DNA of 64,000 nt from an uncultured Rivularia sp. (GCA_963665115.1 OY762007.1:5888001-5952000); one strand, 5' to 3'. Shown: positions 11,264-23,512, counted from the stretch's first letter. The notes: generated by a model from the sequence alone, not told the origin. Program-made: numbers and translations.

Positions 11264-12010
11264 ATGATGAGTAAGCAATATTCAATTATAAAAGGATTTA
11301 TTGTTATTTGTTCTTTAACGCTTCCTTACTTCAATTTATCACCAGCCATTGCAAGTGAAGTAAAGCAAAGCGTGAAACAAATAACTCAACAAGTTGCTAC
11401 TGGTAACAGTTCTTCAAGTATACCTAAAATTGAACTATCGCCAGGGTATGGAGTAAATATATCTTTCATTAGGAGTGATGAAATAGTAGAGAAGGTTTGG
11501 CTAGATAATCCGACATTCGCATCTTTAGATGTTGATGGCTGCTTATCTGTAGAGGGAAAAGAATGCGACCCGCAAGGAGCAACGGTAATACATTTACGAC
11601 GAATTAATCCATTAAAAGTAAGACAATTACCATTATCTAATACTAGCTTATTAACTGTAATTGCAAAAGGTAAATCGGGAAGAAAGGTATATTTATTTAA
11701 AGTGGCAATGGGAGATAAAACCCCTACTTTCCATACTCTATAAATCATACCTGATATCAAAATATCTCCCGAAACAACTCAATTCTCTAACATCAAAAAT
11801 AATCAAGAATTGCAGCTTCTGAGTAGAGGGTTAAAACTTGTTAGTAAAAGAGGCTTGATTCATAGAGAATCCCGTTTGTGGTCAAGAATAGCGAACTTCT
11901 TAGTCAAGGTAGAAATGGGAGAATCTGTAGATAACGCCGCTCGTAAAAGTGGGATTTCAATGCGGTTAGTTAATCGCTTAATTGAACTCGGAAGCAAATA
12001 TAATTCGTAA
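11264..12010 (+). CDS. Exported T4SS-associated protein with an in-frame TAA at 11741-11743
   Basis: Signal peptide; the same frame continues past the stop (HTL*IIPDIK) into ORF 11810-12010. Confidence 0.55.
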
Positions 12011-12033
12011 TTCGTAATTCGTAATTCGTAATT
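12001..12033. repeat. TAATTCG heptamer tandem repeat
   Basis: taattcg x4 plus a partial copy. Confidence 0.9.
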
Positions 12034-12048
12034 TATGGTTCGTAGCTA

Positions 12049-13737
12049 GTGAATATCATGAAAATTTATAAAAAGCGTTCAATCAGAAGTTGTGGATTAA
12101 GTTTATCAATATTGATTTGTGGTGCTGTTATTATTATATCGCAACAGAAATCTGTATCAAACCCTCCATCCGCACAAACAGAAGTTCCTACAATTAATTG
12201 GGAAAATACTCGTTTACCAGATTGGAATCAAATTACATTTTCTAAAATGCCAGCCATTACTGAATCTGGTTCATTTCAAGCACCTGGAAATGTTTCTCAG
12301 AAGTTAGGATATGACCCTTCTCGTAGTTGGGATGCGGGACAAAAGCCTGATGCGTTTACAATGCTGGGTGATTTTCAGGACTCTTTCAAGCTCCAAGAAT
12401 TTTCACTTTTAGATATTTCTCAAATTACTGGCTCTGATATGCAAGAAATTGACTTATCGCGTTTTGGTGTCGTCAAATTTCAAACAATAGAAAGCTTAGT
12501 TAAAGCAATACCTGATTTGGAAGAATGGAAGATAAGGGATGTCAAACCAATACTAGATTTACTATCACAGAATTTATCAACATCATTTAGTTCATATCAA
12601 ACTATCAGCAACTTACTTGAAAAATCTCCCCATTTGGGTAAATTAAGCTTTGAATCTTTGGACTTAGCATCTTACAATATCGATTCAATTCCAGGGTTAT
12701 CAGCTACTCCTATTGCCAGCTTTGATAAATGGCAAGGAACTTATATTGATGAAATACCCGGATTGAGCGATGTACCATTTTCTCAATTTCCCAATCCTGC
12801 TAACCCTGTAGGTATGGAAGTTGGAATAGTAGATGTTGCTTTTGCGACTGACGAACAAAAACGAGATAGAACCATTTCAGGCAGTAATAAAGAAGGATTT
12901 GCGGTTCCTTGTGATAAAGACTGCGCTCATATAGAAGTATCTGGTTCTCAAGCTGTTCACGGAAAGGCTTGGGTTAGTGGTAAATACCAGTTGGTTAAAG
13001 GTGGAAAGGGAATTTTAGGTTCAGTAAATGGTGGTAAAGAACCGACAGGTAGAAATTTATTCGGTGATGCTTTTAAAGTAGCCGTTTGGGATGTGTCAGA
13101 AGTTGATGGAAAAGTTTCTCAATCTTTATTCTTCCGGGTTTGTATGAGAAATAATTTTGTTGATTTAGGATGTACCCCCTATTTTATTGGTCCGGTTCCA
13201 TTCATGACTTATAGAGAAAAAGAACTCATATTTTTAGGTAGGATTGATTCTAATAAAAACTCTATGTCAATTCCTACGGGTTTAAAGAGTAGTGGATTTA
13301 CTTTTGATAATTCTCCATTTATTTCTTCAACGAAGAAAAATAATGTATCTGACTTAATACCTATTACACAAAGAGATTGCAGAAACATTCATTCATCTGG
13401 TGCTAATCTCGATGCTTTAAGTTCTGCATTATTAAATGTAGAAAATAGTAGGGTGACACAGAATTCTTTATCGACCGAACAGCAATCTTCAATAGAATCA
13501 GAAACTAGTAATTTACTATCAATTACATCGCAGCAAACTGACCCAAGCACAGGTAAACCTTTTAGTGGAGATAGATTGATTGAGCGTGCAAGTCAAATGC
13601 ATTTTGCTGGGGTTAATATTCCTTCTTATTCTCAAGTTCGTGATGTGAATAAGGGAATGACAGTCACAGAATATGGACAAAAAACTAAAAATAAATATAA
13701 GCAAAAATTGGAATCAATGAATTGTTTATCAAACTAA
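12049..13737 (+). CDS. Exported T4SS-associated protein with a possible degenerate lysozyme-like C-terminus
   Basis: N-terminal hydrophobic anchor, IPGL repeats, Cys-containing domain; tail LIERASQMHFAG..EYG. Confidence 0.5.
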   Translation: MNIMKIYKKRSIRSCGLSLSILICGAVIIISQQKSVSNPPSAQTEVPTINWENTRLPDWNQITFSKMPAITESGSFQAPGNVSQKLGYDPSRSWDAGQKPDAFTMLGDFQDSFKLQEFSLLDISQITGSDMQEIDLSRFGVVKFQTIESLVKAIPDLEEWKIRDVKPILDLLSQNLSTSFSSYQTISNLLEKSPHLGKLSFESLDLASYNIDSIPGLSATPIASFDKWQGTYIDEIPGLSDVPFSQFPNPANPVGMEVGIVDVAFATDEQKRDRTISGSNKEGFAVPCDKDCAHIEVSGSQAVHGKAWVSGKYQLVKGGKGILGSVNGGKEPTGRNLFGDAFKVAVWDVSEVDGKVSQSLFFRVCMRNNFVDLGCTPYFIGPVPFMTYREKELIFLGRIDSNKNSMSIPTGLKSSGFTFDNSPFISSTKKNNVSDLIPITQRDCRNIHSSGANLDALSSALLNVENSRVTQNSLSTEQQSSIESETSNLLSITSQQTDPSTGKPFSGDRLIERASQMHFAGVNIPSYSQVRDVNKGMTVTEYGQKTKNKYKQKLESMNCLSN

Positions 13738-14294
13738 TTATGCAATCAAATATATATAGTTTTTATAAAATACGACTTAGTAAAAGTAAAATTATTGTTT
13801 TAATTATATGCATAATTGTCATGACTCTAACTGTATCGACTGTATATAAAACTTTATTTAAAAATCATTCAATCACCACTTGGAAAAATGCAGATGAAGT
13901 TGTACCAAAACTTCTTCTAAAAAAGGTTGTTACTCAAAAATCAACTCGTTATCTTGATATTTCCTCAATAAGGGTTATGCGAATCCCATCCCAAGGTGCC
14001 GGTAACTTATATATTTTTGATTATGGTTCTCCTCAACTTTGTGGTTCTGCGGGGTGCTTATATTCGGTGTATGACGATTCAGGTAAGCTACTTTTAGAAT
14101 TTATTGCCCATTCCCAAATTCCAAAATCACAAAAGCTAATTAAAGTCGGAGAGAATGTTAAGCAAGGCTTTCCTTGTTTGAATATTACTCAATTTACAGA
14201 CACAGATAAATTATTATCTCAAACTAAATTTTGTTATCAAAACGGTCATTACGTTCGCTTAAATAAAAGTTTTATTAGTGAAAAAAATGAATAA
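13722..14294 (+). CDS. Membrane-anchored hypothetical protein of the transfer operon
   Basis: TM helix followed by LCGSAGCLYSVY. Confidence 0.55.
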   Translation: MFIKLIMQSNIYSFYKIRLSKSKIIVLIICIIVMTLTVSTVYKTLFKNHSITTWKNADEVVPKLLLKKVVTQKSTRYLDISSIRVMRIPSQGAGNLYIFDYGSPQLCGSAGCLYSVYDDSGKLLLEFIAHSQIPKSQKLIKVGENVKQGFPCLNITQFTDTDKLLSQTKFCYQNGHYVRLNKSFISEKNE

Positions 14295-16115
14295 TGATTT
14301 TCTTGTGGTACAACAACCATCAACACCACCACAAAATTCCCAGTTTGATAAGTTGTCTAATTTAATGAAATCACAATCTGGGTTAGTACTGCTCGGCTGC
14401 TTTGCTAGTATTGGTATTTTCAAATTAATTTCTGGAAGTAATTATAAAGGTAAAGTAGCTACTAGCTATTGGGGTGGTAGTCGAGAAAAATCCCAAGCAG
14501 CCAAGAAAGCGAAGAAGCAGATATCTAAACCAATTCGTAATTCTGTCGGATTATATGTTGGAACTCCCCCTTACATCAGAACTGCTTTACAAAAACAATG
14601 GTATTCTCAAGGTTTACTCAATGCTAAACCAAATCTTAGTCAACAAATTCTTTCTTCCAATTCAACTCTTTATGTACCAGATGCTCAAAGAGGGATAGCT
14701 GTTATTGGTGCAGCTGGTTCTGGTAAAACGTTTTCGGTAATAGACCCCCTTAATTCGTAGCGCATTCGACCAAGGATTTCCAATGCTGCTCTACGATTTT
14801 AAATTCCCTGCACAAACTAAACGAGCTGTAGCTTATGCGATGAAGCGGGGTTATTCCGTAAGAATATTTGCACCGGGGTTTGCTGAAAGTGAAACTTGTA
14901 ATCCGTTGGATTTATTGAGAGATGAAGAAGATGCCATTGCAGCAGGACAACTTACACAAGTTATTTCTCGTAACTTTGACAGAGGTGCAAATGCTAGCAG
15001 CGATAAGTTCTTTGAGGAAGCTGGAGATTCTTTGGTTGAGGGGATTTTACTTGTAACAAAGGCAATTAAAACTTTAACAGGTGAAGATAAGTATTGTGAT
15101 TTAATGATGGCTCAAGCGATTTTATCATTACCAAATTTAGCAGCTAGACTCGAAGCAGCATCAAAAGAAAAACTAAAAGTCTGGACTTCCCGACCATTAT
15201 CGCAGTTAATCAGCGTCAAAGATTCAGAAAAAACAGCTGCATCAATTATTGGTACAGCACAAAGGATGTTCCAACGCTTTCTCAAAAGAGATTTTGTAGG
15301 TGCATTCTGCGGTCAAACAACCCTTCCTTTGGATTTAGACGGGAAACAGTTGATTGTTTTTGGATTGGATAGAAACAACAGAGATATTGTCAGTCCACTG
15401 CTTGCTGCAATTCTTCATATGATTGTAACCCGCAATATAACTCGGACAGTACCACGCACTGACCCTTTGATTGTTGCTTTGGATGAGCTACCGACATTCT
15501 ATTTACCAGCACTCGTCAACTGGTTAAACGAAGGACGCGAAGACGGTTTCGTCGGTATTTTGGGTTATCAAAATATTGCTCAACTTGAGAAAGTATATGG
15601 GAAAGAATTATCGCGAGCAATATTAGGAGGTACTGCAACTAAGTTTATTTTTAATCCCCAAGACCCCCGAATCTGCAAAGATTTTCAGCGATTATTTGGG
15701 AGAGATGGAGATTAGATTTAATTCTAAATCTCAAAGCACTGGTAAAGGAGGTGGTTCTCGTAGCAGAAACGAACATCATCAAAAGCGACATTTATTAGAA
15801 CCCGCGCAGTTTGCCAAAATGGGGACTGGTAGAGCAGTAATCATTAATCCAGCTTATAGTCGTGGCACGGAAGCATACGTTCCCTTGCTCCATAAAATAA
15901 AGGTTCCCCCTAGTGATATTGAAGAAATGAATTGGTCGGAAAGTAAATGGGATTTTGTGCGGGAACGACTGGTTGGAAATAATAAAGTTAGTGTTAGCGA
16001 TGAAGAACGTTCTGCACAGTTTTTAGAGCGTAAAGCATTAGCAGAAAAATTATTTCCATTACCCGAAGAAGGAGAAGATTTGGCTTCTCCAGAGGAATTA
16101 AACAACATTTTTTAA
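14278..16115 (+). CDS. virD4: VirD4/TraG type IV coupling protein (frameshifts near 14745 and 15665)
   Basis: GAAGSGKT Walker A, YDFK, CNPLD, ALDELPT Walker B, GYQNIAQL; three ORFs join by removing one C at each of two GACCCCC runs. Confidence 0.85.
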
Positions 16116-16126
16116 AGTTAAATAAT

Positions 16127-16453
16127 ATGGTAGAGAAAATAATTAATTTTAGTTCAGAAGTTTCAGATTTTTTATCGCAATATCCTAAATGGTTAGAAAT
16201 GGTCATTGAAGCACAAGATAAACCAGTTATAGATAAAAATTATTGTCCTCATGTAATTGAAATATTTGACCAGCATGGTCTGTTGGCTGGAAAAATCAAC
16301 GGATTATCCGCTTATGAATGTACTAGAGATATTCAACATAAAAGTGATTTTAATGCTTGGCTAATTGATGGAGAATTAGCTGTATTTTATGTTGGCTCTT
16401 CCTTAATTGTAAATCGTTTGGAAGCAGTAGCTGTAGTTAACAAAGGAGAGTAA
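16127..16453 (+). CDS. Hypothetical protein
   Basis: 108-aa ORF tightly packed in the operon. Confidence 0.6.
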   Translation: MVEKIINFSSEVSDFLSQYPKWLEMVIEAQDKPVIDKNYCPHVIEIFDQHGLLAGKINGLSAYECTRDIQHKSDFNAWLIDGELAVFYVGSSLIVNRLEAVAVVNKGE

Positions 16454-16458
16454 ATGAA

Positions 16459-17826
16459 ATGCCAAATATATTTACTGTCAACGAAAGTGACGCAACAGCA
16501 ATGCAGCAGCGTTACGAACAATTAATTGAAGTATTATTAAAAGCTGTATTGGATGTAGAACAAAATTCGGACAAACAAGGATTAAAAATATTTGATGGGG
16601 ATAAATTAGTTTATGGACGTGATGAAAATCAATTTCGTGATGAAGTATCTGGTTTCTCAGGAGAGCTATTAAATCCTCAATTAATAACACAACTTCAAGA
16701 ATTACGTTCAACTTCTGTTGGGGAAGTTGTAGATGGGGCTGCTAATAAGAGAATTGAATTAGATGGCAAAGTTCTCTTACAATCTGATTCGGAAGGTAAG
16801 GTAATCGTTAACAATTTTTTGGAGCAAGAAGCTGTTAAAGATAAAATTCCACAAAATTTAGAATATTGGGAAAATCTAGGTAATATTAATCAAATTAATC
16901 AACCAGAATTATCGCCCTTTGAGCCTAATCATACAAACTCACCTCCCGTTTCGGGTTCCACACGAGTAACTGAATCATTACAGTTATTAGAAGATAGTCC
17001 TTTGAAAACATTATTAAGTTCAGAAGTTGAGCAATTGAAAGCAGAAGTAAAAGCACTACAGCAAGAACGTAATTTATATCAGGAATTAATAGAACAAAGA
17101 TTAAAGCAACCTCAAAATACTTCTTGGTGGCAGCAAATAGTTAATAATGCATCAACTGTAGTCTCTAGTGTAACTTCTGCTGTAAAGATAGGAATAAATG
17201 AATTTAAAGAAAATTCAAAGCAACATCAATTTGCAGCATCAATCAAAAACTTATTTCAATTACAAACTCAACCGGGAGAAAATCAGTATCAAGCGGGTGA
17301 TTATCAAATATCTCGCAATGGTTCTTACTACGACGTAAAAGATTCAAGTACAGATAAACTTTTAATGCAGTTTCGGGACACTAATTTAGGAGTCAAAGTA
17401 GAAAAAAGCGATTTAGTAAACTTTGAGATTCAAGATATTAATTCCTTACAAAAATCATTACGTAAAAATGAGCCAATTCCAACATCTTTTGCTCCAGTCG
17501 GGAAACAAGAAGCCGAATATTTTGCTCGTGTTGAGAGAGTTACGAATGCACTTATCGAATATGCTACTGCACAGCAACGAGATGTAGAAATTGATGGACG
17601 ATTTTCTTATAAATGGAAAGCTAGTCCTGATGGTAACGTACAAATTGAAGCGAAAGATGGACGCGGTAGTTTACTTGAAAAAACTGGTGGACAATTAACA
17701 AGTAATATGAACGAACGCGATTTAATTTATTTTGAGCAAATTTTACCTAAGTTGCAGCCAAGAAGTCAAAGACAAGTAATTGCATCTCAAGCTAATCAAG
17801 CTACCGATAACAGCTTAGAAAGATAA
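16459..17826 (+). CDS. Hypothetical coiled-coil protein, possible T4SS substrate
   Basis: 455 aa, GGAG RBS, central coiled coil, ends ..DNSLER. Confidence 0.65.
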   Translation: MPNIFTVNESDATAMQQRYEQLIEVLLKAVLDVEQNSDKQGLKIFDGDKLVYGRDENQFRDEVSGFSGELLNPQLITQLQELRSTSVGEVVDGAANKRIELDGKVLLQSDSEGKVIVNNFLEQEAVKDKIPQNLEYWENLGNINQINQPELSPFEPNHTNSPPVSGSTRVTESLQLLEDSPLKTLLSSEVEQLKAEVKALQQERNLYQELIEQRLKQPQNTSWWQQIVNNASTVVSSVTSAVKIGINEFKENSKQHQFAASIKNLFQLQTQPGENQYQAGDYQISRNGSYYDVKDSSTDKLLMQFRDTNLGVKVEKSDLVNFEIQDINSLQKSLRKNEPIPTSFAPVGKQEAEYFARVERVTNALIEYATAQQRDVEIDGRFSYKWKASPDGNVQIEAKDGRGSLLEKTGGQLTSNMNERDLIYFEQILPKLQPRSQRQVIASQANQATDNSLER

Positions 17827-17835
17827 TTTTATTAT

Positions 17836-19404
17836 ATGAAGTTCGATAATTTGAATTTATACCTAAATTCTGGTATTCCAATTGTTTGTATTAATGCTCC
17901 TTTACCAGAACGAATGAACGTATTATCCGAAATTTATATTGAATGCGCTCAAATACGAAATATTCCCCTTTATGTATGGAATGCTGGCTGGGGATGCTTC
18001 AAGAAAGTAAAATATAATTCGCATTCAATTAGGAGTTTTATTAATCCACAACCTAAACATAGTAATATTTTTACTAGTTTTGATTCTTTATTAAATAATG
18101 AGAAAGCAGGTATTTTTATATTTGAAAATCTATCATCATTAATCAGCATACATTCTCCACAAATTGTATCGTATTTAATCAATATTTACTTTGAGTTTAA
18201 GAATAGTAATAAATTAAAGTATTTAGTGATTTTATCAACTGATAATGTAGAATTACCAGAAGCTTTAAACAGTTTAATTCCTACTATTTCTTATCCATTA
18301 CCTGGTAAAGAAGAAATTATTCAATTGATAGAAACATTCTTATGTGATTCACCAGGAATATTAAATAAAGAATCTTTAATCAGTGCTTGCGCTGGTTTAA
18401 CAAGGGAGGAAATATCTAATGGGTTAAATATTGCACTAAATTCCTGTTCTCAATTAAGTTATGACATTTTCGTTCAACAGCTGCTTGAATATAAAATCAC
18501 TCGCTTTCGCTCTTTTAATTTAAATTTTATTGCTAAACCCAGCATTCCTGATTTTGGTGGTTTGGATTTACTTAAAAAATATATACAAAATGTCAAATAT
18601 GACTTTTTACCTCAAGCACGAACAGCGAAAATTCCTCTTCCTAAAGGGTGTTTATTAGTAGGACCACCGGGAACCGGAAAAACTTTATCAGCTAATGTCA
18701 TAGCCAAAATATTAGGTTTTCCTTTAATTAGTGTAGATACTGCTCTTGTGATTACTGATGGTGCTATTTATCTTAAACGTTTGCTAGAAAGGGTAGAAGC
18801 TTGTGCCCCCGTTGTGATGTATTTTGATGAATTTGATAAACTTTTTGCTGCATCTAAATCTACGGGTGAAGATATCAGTTCTCGCCAAATTTTAGGAACA
18901 TTATTAACTTGGTTGCAAGATAAAACAAGTGCAGTGTTTGTAGTTGCAACTCTAAACCGACTTGATGCATTACCACCGGAGTTAACTAGGGTAGGAAGAT
19001 TTGATGAAATATTTTATGTTGGATTCCCCCAAGCGATTGAGCGGAAAGAAATTCTGATGATGCATCTTGCGAGATTTGATAGCCGTTATAAAAATGGCGA
19101 TGTGCTTACAGAGAAAGAATGGCGAATTGTACTTAATAAAACTGTTAACTGCACGGGTGCTGAGTTATCGCAAATCGTTCAAAAAGCTGCTCGTGCTAAG
19201 TTTCATCTAGGTGAAAAGATGCAGATTGGGTTACATGAACTGTTAGAGCAACGAGAAATGATGGTTCCTTTATACGTTCGAGATACCGATAGAATTTTGG
19301 CGATCGCCAACCGTGCAAAGTATATTACTCAACCAGCATCTAGTCCTGACACGTCGGTTTTCGCTCCTGCAATCAGTAGCTTTTGGGGAGAAGTTTCCTC
19401 TTGA
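17836..19404 (+). CDS. AAA+ ATPase (Ycf46-like)
   Basis: FGGLDLLK, GPPGTGKT, YFDEFDK, ATLNRLDALPPELTRVGRFDEIF. Confidence 0.85.
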   Translation: MKFDNLNLYLNSGIPIVCINAPLPERMNVLSEIYIECAQIRNIPLYVWNAGWGCFKKVKYNSHSIRSFINPQPKHSNIFTSFDSLLNNEKAGIFIFENLSSLISIHSPQIVSYLINIYFEFKNSNKLKYLVILSTDNVELPEALNSLIPTISYPLPGKEEIIQLIETFLCDSPGILNKESLISACAGLTREEISNGLNIALNSCSQLSYDIFVQQLLEYKITRFRSFNLNFIAKPSIPDFGGLDLLKKYIQNVKYDFLPQARTAKIPLPKGCLLVGPPGTGKTLSANVIAKILGFPLISVDTALVITDGAIYLKRLLERVEACAPVVMYFDEFDKLFAASKSTGEDISSRQILGTLLTWLQDKTSAVFVVATLNRLDALPPELTRVGRFDEIFYVGFPQAIERKEILMMHLARFDSRYKNGDVLTEKEWRIVLNKTVNCTGAELSQIVQKAARAKFHLGEKMQIGLHELLEQREMMVPLYVRDTDRILAIANRAKYITQPASSPDTSVFAPAISSFWGEVSS

Positions 19405-19448
19405 AATTCTGATAGACAGTTGTAAATTTGCATTTCTCAACACAAGAT

Positions 19449-20274
19449 TTACTGTTTTCCTTTTAAAATAGCTCTTTCAATCAGCACATTAATAGCTTCT
19501 GTTGCACAAGCTTTTAAAATTGCAGTCGCCAACCTATTACCTCTATTTGCAAAATGCTCCCATATCGATAACCAATCTCGAATTAATAGTGCATACACAC
19601 TTTTAAAACCTTGTTTCGTCATCACTCTGCATTCGGTGATATCCTTCGACAGATTTAAATCAGATAGGGTTCTTGCCTTCTTAGATGAATAATTAACCAA
19701 CCAGTCGGGGGTCATGTCCAATGCACCTTAATCCTTCCTGGTATTCAATACGATATTCCCCAGACTGCAATACTAAAACTTGGATGCTTATATCAGCTTC
19801 TATTTCGACAGACAACGGATTAGCTATTTCTACCCAATAACGACCAGAGAAGAAACAAGGGTTTGGCGTATTACCAGATGCTGGTTTAAAATTGCATAAC
19901 GCTTTAATTAAAGAATGCCATTGGGGACGAGAAAACTGCACGGGGTGTTCATCTAACTCTCCATTCTTCAATAGTGTAGATAAGTAAATTGCTGCCACAG
20001 ATAAGGGATAAACTTGAACCTCTACACCATTTTCAATTTGCACTGTTAAAATCTCTAAGCTTTGCGATTCAATAAACGAGCGCACAATGTTTTTGGGCTG
20101 ACCAATTAATAGTGCCATTTGACGGTCGCTCATAAATAAGGCACCATTAGGAAGTTGATAAGCTTTCCAGGAAAAATCATGGTAATGCCATGAAGTTGTT
20201 GATACTCTCGGTAATTGTTTATCACAATATTGATGAGCATTTGGGTTGAAAATTATGTTGTTTGCTTCATTCAT
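19449..20274 (-). CDS. Hypothetical protein, possible phage antirepressor-like DNA-binding protein (frameshift near 19708)
   Basis: Two ORFs join by removing one C; two related segments AYQLPNG..MS and VLVLQSGEYRI. Confidence 0.45.
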
Positions 20275-21007
20275 AACTACAACTTGTTAACTGTTATCAA
20301 CAGATTAAATTGAATCAAATTTTAACAATTTGACTAACGAGATTGCTGCTAATTGATGAGAAAGATATTTCTGTTTTATTTGTAAAAAAACCAGACATCT
20401 TTGTCCGGTGTTTTCGCCATTTTTGCTGTCTTCGGTTACTTTTATAAATTCATTACTTCAACAAGGGAGAAAGAGAAAATAGCGCCTTAAAAACTTACTT
20501 TGTGATTTTCCTCCCTAGTAGTTGTTATCTCCCGTCAGTTGTGAATTATAAATAGTCCTAACTTTACAGAAAATTCAAATTTGAATGTCAGTTAATTCAT
20601 ACTAGCTTAAAAAAATACAGGCTTCAAATAACTACAACATTTAATGATATTTTGCTGAAAAATTAAAATAATGATTTGAGTTATAAGAGACAAATTATCT
20701 ACATAAAAAAGCAATTTTTTTAAATATATATACGTAGTCGATAAATATTCTCATTTGAAAAATATTCGGTTACTATGCATCAAATATACTGTCACCACAT
20801 TGATACAATATACAGGTCAAGGCATCTTAACAAAAATAAATATTACTCATAGTATCTTCTATGCATTGAATAACACTTATATGAGCAACCTTTATGCTAT
20901 CAATAGTTTTTCTGTAGGGCTGATAAACATATAGTGATTTTAATTACTTATTGCACTGAATTTTTACTATTCAATTAAAATTTCAATTAAATACAGCAAT
21001 TATGATG

Positions 21008-22589
21008 TTAATAGTCTACAATTTGCTGTTTAGTTGTTGAAAACTTAGTAGCATTAGGGAGAATTTTTCCTATGGACTTAAATCTTTTTTCTGACATTTC
21101 AACAACTATTTTTGATATATTCTTGAGATATTCGGATGGTAATGTTGCATTTTCGTCATCAATGGTGAGATAAAGCGTTCTGTGTTCGTGAGGTGCATTT
21201 CTTACCATAATCTTGAGTGCATCTATTGGGGAAGAATTTAGAACTGCTGTTTCTATCAATTCGCGATTATCTCCACCTACACTCAAATGAAACCAGCCAC
21301 TTGAACGTCTGCTACCAGAATGAATCGTAAACTTGTTTTCGCTGTTTTTCAAAGAATACAAATAAGCTCCTGTTGCTCCTCCATCTAAATTCCGGGCTAT
21401 AAATACTGCATTGCAATTAGTCGAAGCATACAATAAACCTCGTTGTCGTAAAGTTTTCAAAAGTCTTTGGGGAATTGAATGCTCGCGATTAAGGTAGTAT
21501 TCGACCTCATTAAAGTTCTTAGAAGACGCTTCGGGTGGTACGAATGTAGAGAAAGGTGTTCTTTTAGCAATACTTAGAGCGTGATTAGAAACTGTATTAA
21601 GCATACCTGTTTGACCAAATCTGTCGCGCAACCAAATTATCGCATCGTCGAGGTTACACCTATTCGCGTCCATGATCAAAGACAATGGATTATCTGAATG
21701 CTTATATTGCAAAAGTCCTAGTTCGTAAGCAATTTCAGATAATGGTATGTCCTGTCTGTACTCGTTTGTTTTAAATAGCTGTAATTCTGTTTCTATCTGC
21801 TGGCGTAATTTTTCGCTCGCAGATGCGGTTTGTTTCCATTGTGCGAGTTGTTCGAGAATTTGCGAACGCTCCCTTAGTTGATGATTAATTATTTCAAATT
21901 GTGGACTTAGTAATTCAATTATCCTTTGTCTATATACTTCACTTGATTCTTGTAGTTGTGGCTGAGGTAGACTTGGTTCCAAATCCATTAATTGAGAATC
22001 TTGATTTACTGCACTATAGTATTTTTTGACTTTAGTGTAAGTTGCAACACTTCCTTTTACACCACGGATGATTCCTAGATGTTTTACAGAAGAAGCGAAG
22101 CTATCCTGTAGCTGATACATTTTCGCTCTCGTACCGAATAAAGCCTTACAGTTAAGCTTTCCTCTTTCATCTAACGGTACGAGATAAGCGTGAATGTGAG
22201 GTGTCATTTCATCAAGATGTAACTCTGCTTTTACTATGCGATCGCCCCAGGAATTGTCTAACCATTTGACAACTGCGTCCACAAAATCGTCTAAACGCTG
22301 TTTGTCATAACTTCCACCTTCATATACTGCATTGGGGACGGAAGTATTCGGCGCTTGCACTCAGTAACATCTCTACAGCCAGAACAGCATCAGAACGGTA
22401 TTTTTGAGAACCAATTTTATTTTTAACCTTTGAAACTAAATCAAGGTTGTCATAATCTCCGACTATTTCTAAGTTCTTTATCTGGAGATTAGCATTAGGT
22501 GTATATACTTCTCTTTTAGCGTGAGCTTCACTGCGGGCTAAAGCTCCCCAAGATTTTATTTTCTGGATTCGACAAATTGAGAAAGCCAT
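21008..22589 (-). CDS. mobV: MOBV (Mob/Pre) relaxase with C-terminal extension (frameshift near 22335)
   Basis: RIQKIK..EAHAKRE, RSDAVLAVEMLLSASAEYF, AELHLDEMTPHIH; C-terminal region resembling a degenerate Toprim (SPIDAL). Confidence 0.85.
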
Positions 22590-23207
22590 ATATTTTTATT
22601 TAATAAAATAATAACTATTGATTTTACTTACTGTTATCGCATTTATTGATAAGTATGCAGAATTATTGTGCAAAAATATCTAAAAATAGCCAAAATATAT
22701 ATCTTTTTAATTACGTATTTTTTAAACACAATAAGTAATATTTTAGTCATGCTAATTGTGTATAAAGACTGATGATTGCCATTTTTGCGACTTTTTCAAG
22801 TTAATATATCAAACACCTTTATATGGTCAAAACTGGTAATTATACATAAGCAAAGTTTTAAGATGATGTTCCTAGATATAAGCATAGAAATAAATACAGC
22901 AATACAACAATTTTAATTGATGTAAAATTAACTGTCGCTGCTTTTATACTGCTATTTTTTGACACTTTTTATCTAAGTATATTATCTTCCTTTAGTTATA
23001 TTGCAGAAATTAGTATTAGTTTGCTAACAAGGTAATTAAGGTTTTTATTGAATTAATGAGAAATAACGAACAAGACGGAATATTTGAGCTATTAGCTTTG
23101 TTAATCAGATGTGCTGCGCTGGTAAACCATTATTCAGGAATAAAGAACTATGAGCAATTTAATATTTAACGTGATATCTCTTTAATATTTCTCAGCCATC
23201 ATCCAAA

Positions 23208-23235
23208 ACAAAGGTGTAGTGTGTTTCACCTTTGT
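23208..23235 (+). other. Candidate MOBV oriT, predicted nic at 23223/23224
   Basis: Perfect 9-bp inverted repeat ACAAAGGTG/CACCTTTGT around TAGTGTGTTT, resembling the pMV158-family TAGTGTG^TTA; lies in the intergenic region upstream of the relaxase. Confidence 0.55.
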
Positions 23236-23512
23236 AACTAATAAAAAGCTGGAATATTTTATGCCGTATTTTTAACGGTGTATTTAATATTTTCTCAAAT
23301 TACCACCGAATTTAGTCATTTAAGGCTGTGTTTTATCTTTTAAATCCTTTAACCATAGTATCTAGACAGGTGTTATGAAAAGTAAACAGTAAAAAGGAAT
23401 TATAAGGAAAATGGAGATGAAAATAACCGAAAACTCCATAAGTTTGATTAATAATCTACCTTTATTTTCCTTTGCTTTCCTTGAAGTTGCCGCATTAAAT
23501 TAATTAAATTTT

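Noticed and set aside
20280..21000. ncRNA or origin in the AT-rich intergenic gap
   Set aside because: No clear repeats or stable structure visible
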